20,000 nt of DNA, taken from an uncultured virus (IMG/VR IMGVR_UViG_3300032087_004222). Its lineage: Duplodnaviria > Heunggongvirae > Uroviricota > Caudoviricetes. A program made the position numbers and the translations under genes. The number at the start of each line of letters is the position of its first letter. The first letter of the stretch is position 1. The notes under the pieces were generated by a model. It had not been told where the DNA came from. It saw nothing but the letters and a program-made list of their open reading frames with translations, and did not search any database. The stretch lies in IMG/VR virus record IMGVR_UViG_3300032087_004222. One strand, 5' to 3'. Shown here piece after piece: positions 18,001-20,000 of the stretch.

Positions 18001-20000
18001 AGCGAGAGCGTGACGTACACCACAGCCAAGGTGGCCACGCTCAACGTCAAGCCGATCAACAACGAGTCGCCCAACATGGCGAGTTGGGGGACCTATGGGT
18101 TTGCGAAGAAGGGGCGCGTGTACCTCGATGACGGTGCGAGCGCACTCTATGACAGCAAGGACGGAACGAGTTTCACGTTCACCGACCAGTACTCCTCATC
18201 GTGCGACGTGGCTGGGTCTGCCGTCATCAGCAACATAGCGTCCGGCACCTCCAACCTCGTGGTTGGCATGTTCATCAACAACGGCGGCTTCACCAACGCT
18301 AGGATACAGAGCATAGACTCCAGCAGCCAAGTCACGGCTGACACGAGCACGAGCGTGACTGCCACCGGTGTCACCATCACATTCACCCACACCGTCAACT
18401 CCAGTTCGCAGACGCAGCGGTACTTGGACGCAAACGGCATCAACTACGGCACGTTCGATGACTGGCTCAAGTCGACGGGCAAGGCCTCCAACGTCACACT
18501 GGGAGCGACCGCCGACCCGATGACGGTCGTCCTCTCCTCAGAGCCGGACTTCGGCACCGAGTCACTCAGCGAGGACGGCAGCACCGTGAACGACCGGATG
18601 TTCCAAGGGGGCGGCAAGGACGTCAACCACGACTACCAACTTGGTACCCAGTACGCGAGCACCAGAGCGCTCGTCGAGATACCCATCTTCACGAACCAAG
18701 TCTTCGATGACGACATTGCTGGTGTGTTCCCCGGACCCGACAACTCACTGAGGCTCAGCGTGGACGCCACCTACACCGCGCACACGTGGAACCCGACACC
18801 AGTGGGCAGGCGCCCCGGATCGTCCTTCAACAGCGACAGGGCCAAGCACTCAGCCTACGCCCTCGCCGTCAGCAAGAGGAGCGCAGGTAGGAGGGCGTTC
18901 ATCACCAAGAGCGTGGTGGTGGATGGCGACAACCTACAACTCCACGTCAGTGACATCAGCATCTTCCCGTCCTCGTCCGCCGTATCAGGCGCATACACCG
19001 AGAAGTATCAGGGCATAGACAACAGGCCTAGGTTCCGAAGGGTGTTCTTGGAGAGCGGTGCTTGGGCCCTCTACACGGAGGCGAACGCAGGTGGCTACCT
19101 CGTCATACCCGACAATGACTGGGGGATGACCAAGCAGTTCAGGAGGGAGTACAGGGTGGGGATGCCAGTCTTCCTCAGTGGTGGCCTCCCAAGCGAGTCG
19201 CTCGTCCCAATCGGAGACGAGCCCTACACCCCGAGCGTGGCGTACGAGAACCGCTCCGAGCACTACCATGACACCGCAAGCGTGAGGACACAGGGCGGCA
19301 ACGTCGACTACGGGTTGCGACAGTACGTCAGCGCCGTCGAGTTCAAGGCTGGTCCAGAGAGCAACCCCCACGCTGCTCGCATCGTCCCCAAGAGGGCGAG
19401 CGGCGTCATATCCACCGTCAGGGGCTTCGTCGATGACAACGATGGGAGCGACGGCATGGGCATCGCCATCGTGTCGCTGACGTCCGATGAGGACTTCTCC
19501 ACGTTCCCAGACTTCGGCTTCGACAGCCAGACGTCCCTCGACTTCACCGTGGGTGACTTCCTCTACGAGGTGGAGTTGGACGACGCAGGGACGACGAGAA
19601 GGCTGCACTACTACGGCAGGATAAGGACCGCTGACAGCCATGACGTCCCTGCCAACTCCATCGCACTCGGCTTCTACAACCCAAGCGGCACGACCGTCCC
19701 CTCGTACCTGACAGCAGGGAACCGCATCACCCTCAGCAGGAGGAGCAGGGCCATCCTCAACTTCGACAGGTCGAACATAAGCGCCATCAACGACGCCTCC
19801 ATCTTGGACGAGGAGTACGATGCGCATTGCATAGAGGCCACCGGATGGACAGCAACCGTGGTGTCCGGCAACTCGACACTGACCTTGGCATCGACGGCCA
19901 CCACCCCACTGACGTCCAACACGCTCGGCCCCAATCTGAGGAAGGGCGATCACATCTTCATCAAGGACATCACGGGTGAGTTGAACCCCATAGGCATAGT
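15043..20000 (+). CDS. Giant tail tip/fibre (adhesin-like) protein with an N-terminal LamG/concanavalin A-like domain; >1650 aa, truncated by the window end; not in the ORF track
   Basis: GGTGA RBS at 15034-15038 and ATG at 15043. No in-frame stop was found in the stretches read, and the track has no closed ORF in this frame. LamG signatures: AFLFDGVSDSI, FCIEAWVQP, HVVA...LYINGEL, IFVGG...FRGIMEGLHLS, LVLYRFEE. Confidence 0.8.
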   Translation, partial: MAVLGRTNHAFLFDGVSDSIIIPQGRHTKLGDLTPDGKTMSTLLSSNPSGSQTSTLTSGLFGNQFCIEAWVQPDCGGVIVQKENQFSLSIGNVDTPGPAVFTVTLSRPTGVEVVRLSTAVEEDNGYDGTVYPPSTFGGPHDSYNRFNSSYDDATSLNVNHRPLIHVVAALRKNDAVLYINGELMVQRTLRDSDFTLNKSDHHIFVGGKGGQFRGIMEGLHLSNRFTDALINRNAPLVDDNTLVLYRFEEPIAPVQGSFEINPTFSTVSGLTKILFATASDAASLATTLTGKTVTSGTVDFTASPYSMGNYKVFDAHTTPGTTTTRDVAHVPYNLLINAGSVNPKTKKPNQKPPERVRLHSINDIDSTPYMLVSSIHIDFVNGDANGLRTTLHTRTDDVDDFFVVVGSDLLIDSGTGSPYQPLHYSTQMIDRTGQMIIDEGPYDNHGIVYSSRMSTTDVDTNNPFAVAWDTSAIDEKFKIGHSGRHSLNHVDGHPFLRMLPDPSEEIINQTIDAGVDTIDVYYDAALKGVEDQIGINTRVDILQNTGDFTINKITSTSEVNTIVGNGLPTGSREIIAIGGSALDILPFMLRGPVPTELPSAAADIDSETRRYHLRPSRNSRVAILHVPTLSSSNLAPFVEVHYNAIDISGKSMEATGESGTATPYLMVEKTVPAGVTPVGGGSTVYDIINTAIGSGNLTLHAPGGYIEVAMSNSDFNSVVSKPNSLIGDTSEGYESDDELDERFTPFSDGVANYTPRSDSSAQPNTPPKIVTASHTTSDDHESVFHRMLINTVSNSKQNTLTDKTIYSRREPSTVVSSPSDGEFDSGSTSSNTHIHELFDVIDNHPITESHTSNMRIYLQPSDRRRTNQMTHLRSTLDEGAEPNVTTLLYHMSRARVRSVEERESNGVKSTVIQCRGLSEAAVSRTVSKTGTGSPDSHIVKEIEPNAPVVTVTLGGPGQGASDIKPTYDPSPLSRLPFSTQRGYHVRSESVTYTTAKVATLNVKPINNESPNMASWGTYGFAKKGRVYLDDGASALYDSKDGTSFTFTDQYSSSCDVAGSAVISNIASGTSNLVVGMFINNGGFTNARIQSIDSSSQVTADTSTSVTATGVTITFTHTVNSSSQTQRYLDANGINYGTFDDWLKSTGKASNVTLGATADPMTVVLSSEPDFGTESLSEDGSTVNDRMFQGGGKDVNHDYQLGTQYASTRALVEIPIFTNQVFDDDIAGVFPGPDNSLRLSVDATYTAHTWNPTPVGRRPGSSFNSDRAKHSAYALAVSKRSAGRRAFITKSVVVDGDNLQLHVSDISIFPSSSAVSGAYTEKYQGIDNRPRFRRVFLESGAWALYTEANAGGYLVIPDNDWGMTKQFRREYRVGMPVFLSGGLPSESLVPIGDEPYTPSVAYENRSEHYHDTASVRTQGGNVDYGLRQYVSAVEFKAGPESNPHAARIVPKRASGVISTVRGFVDDNDGSDGMGIAIVSLTSDEDFSTFPDFGFDSQTSLDFTVGDFLYEVELDDAGTTRRLHYYGRIRTADSHDVPANSIALGFYNPSGTTVPSYLTAGNRITLSRRSRAILNFDRSNISAINDASILDEEYDAHCIEATGWTATVVSGNSTLTLASTATTPLTSNTLGPNLRKGDHIFIKDITGELNPIGI

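Noticed and set aside
18985..19953. 322-aa minus-strand ORF and the many other minus-strand ORFs
   Set aside because: They are antisense shadows of long plus-strand genes with biased codon usage; they lack recognisable motifs and run against the operon.

Overview
The whole window is one densely packed, plus-strand virion morphogenesis operon of a tailed dsDNA virus (Caudoviricetes, HK97-type head, non-contractile tail). The host is most likely archaeal: genes carry GGTGA/GAGGTG ribosome-binding sites, AGG and ATA codons are frequent despite high GC, and the capsid protein resembles, from memory, those of haloviruses and Marine Group II (Poseidoniales) 'magroviruses'. Gene order: a large, probably 5'-truncated protein containing a degenerate ATP-dependent DNA ligase fold; prohead protease-scaffold; major capsid protein; five small genes (one missed by the ORF track); head-tail adaptor; two neck/tail-completion genes; large tail tube protein; SAP-domain protein with a (PE)10 microsatellite; tail assembly chaperone pair with a probable -1 frameshift; an unusually short (189 aa) tape measure-like protein; a distal-tail/hub protein with a hydrophobic insert; and a giant (>1650 aa, 3'-truncated) LamG-containing tail protein absent from the ORF track. 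The most striking observations are: (1) the ligase fold has lost essentially all catalytic residues and is bracketed by putative protease K/A cleavage sites; (2) the tape measure is miniature, implying a very short tail; (3) the hub carries a codon-atypical membrane-hairpin-like insert. All functional calls come from motif recognition and synteny only; no database search was run.
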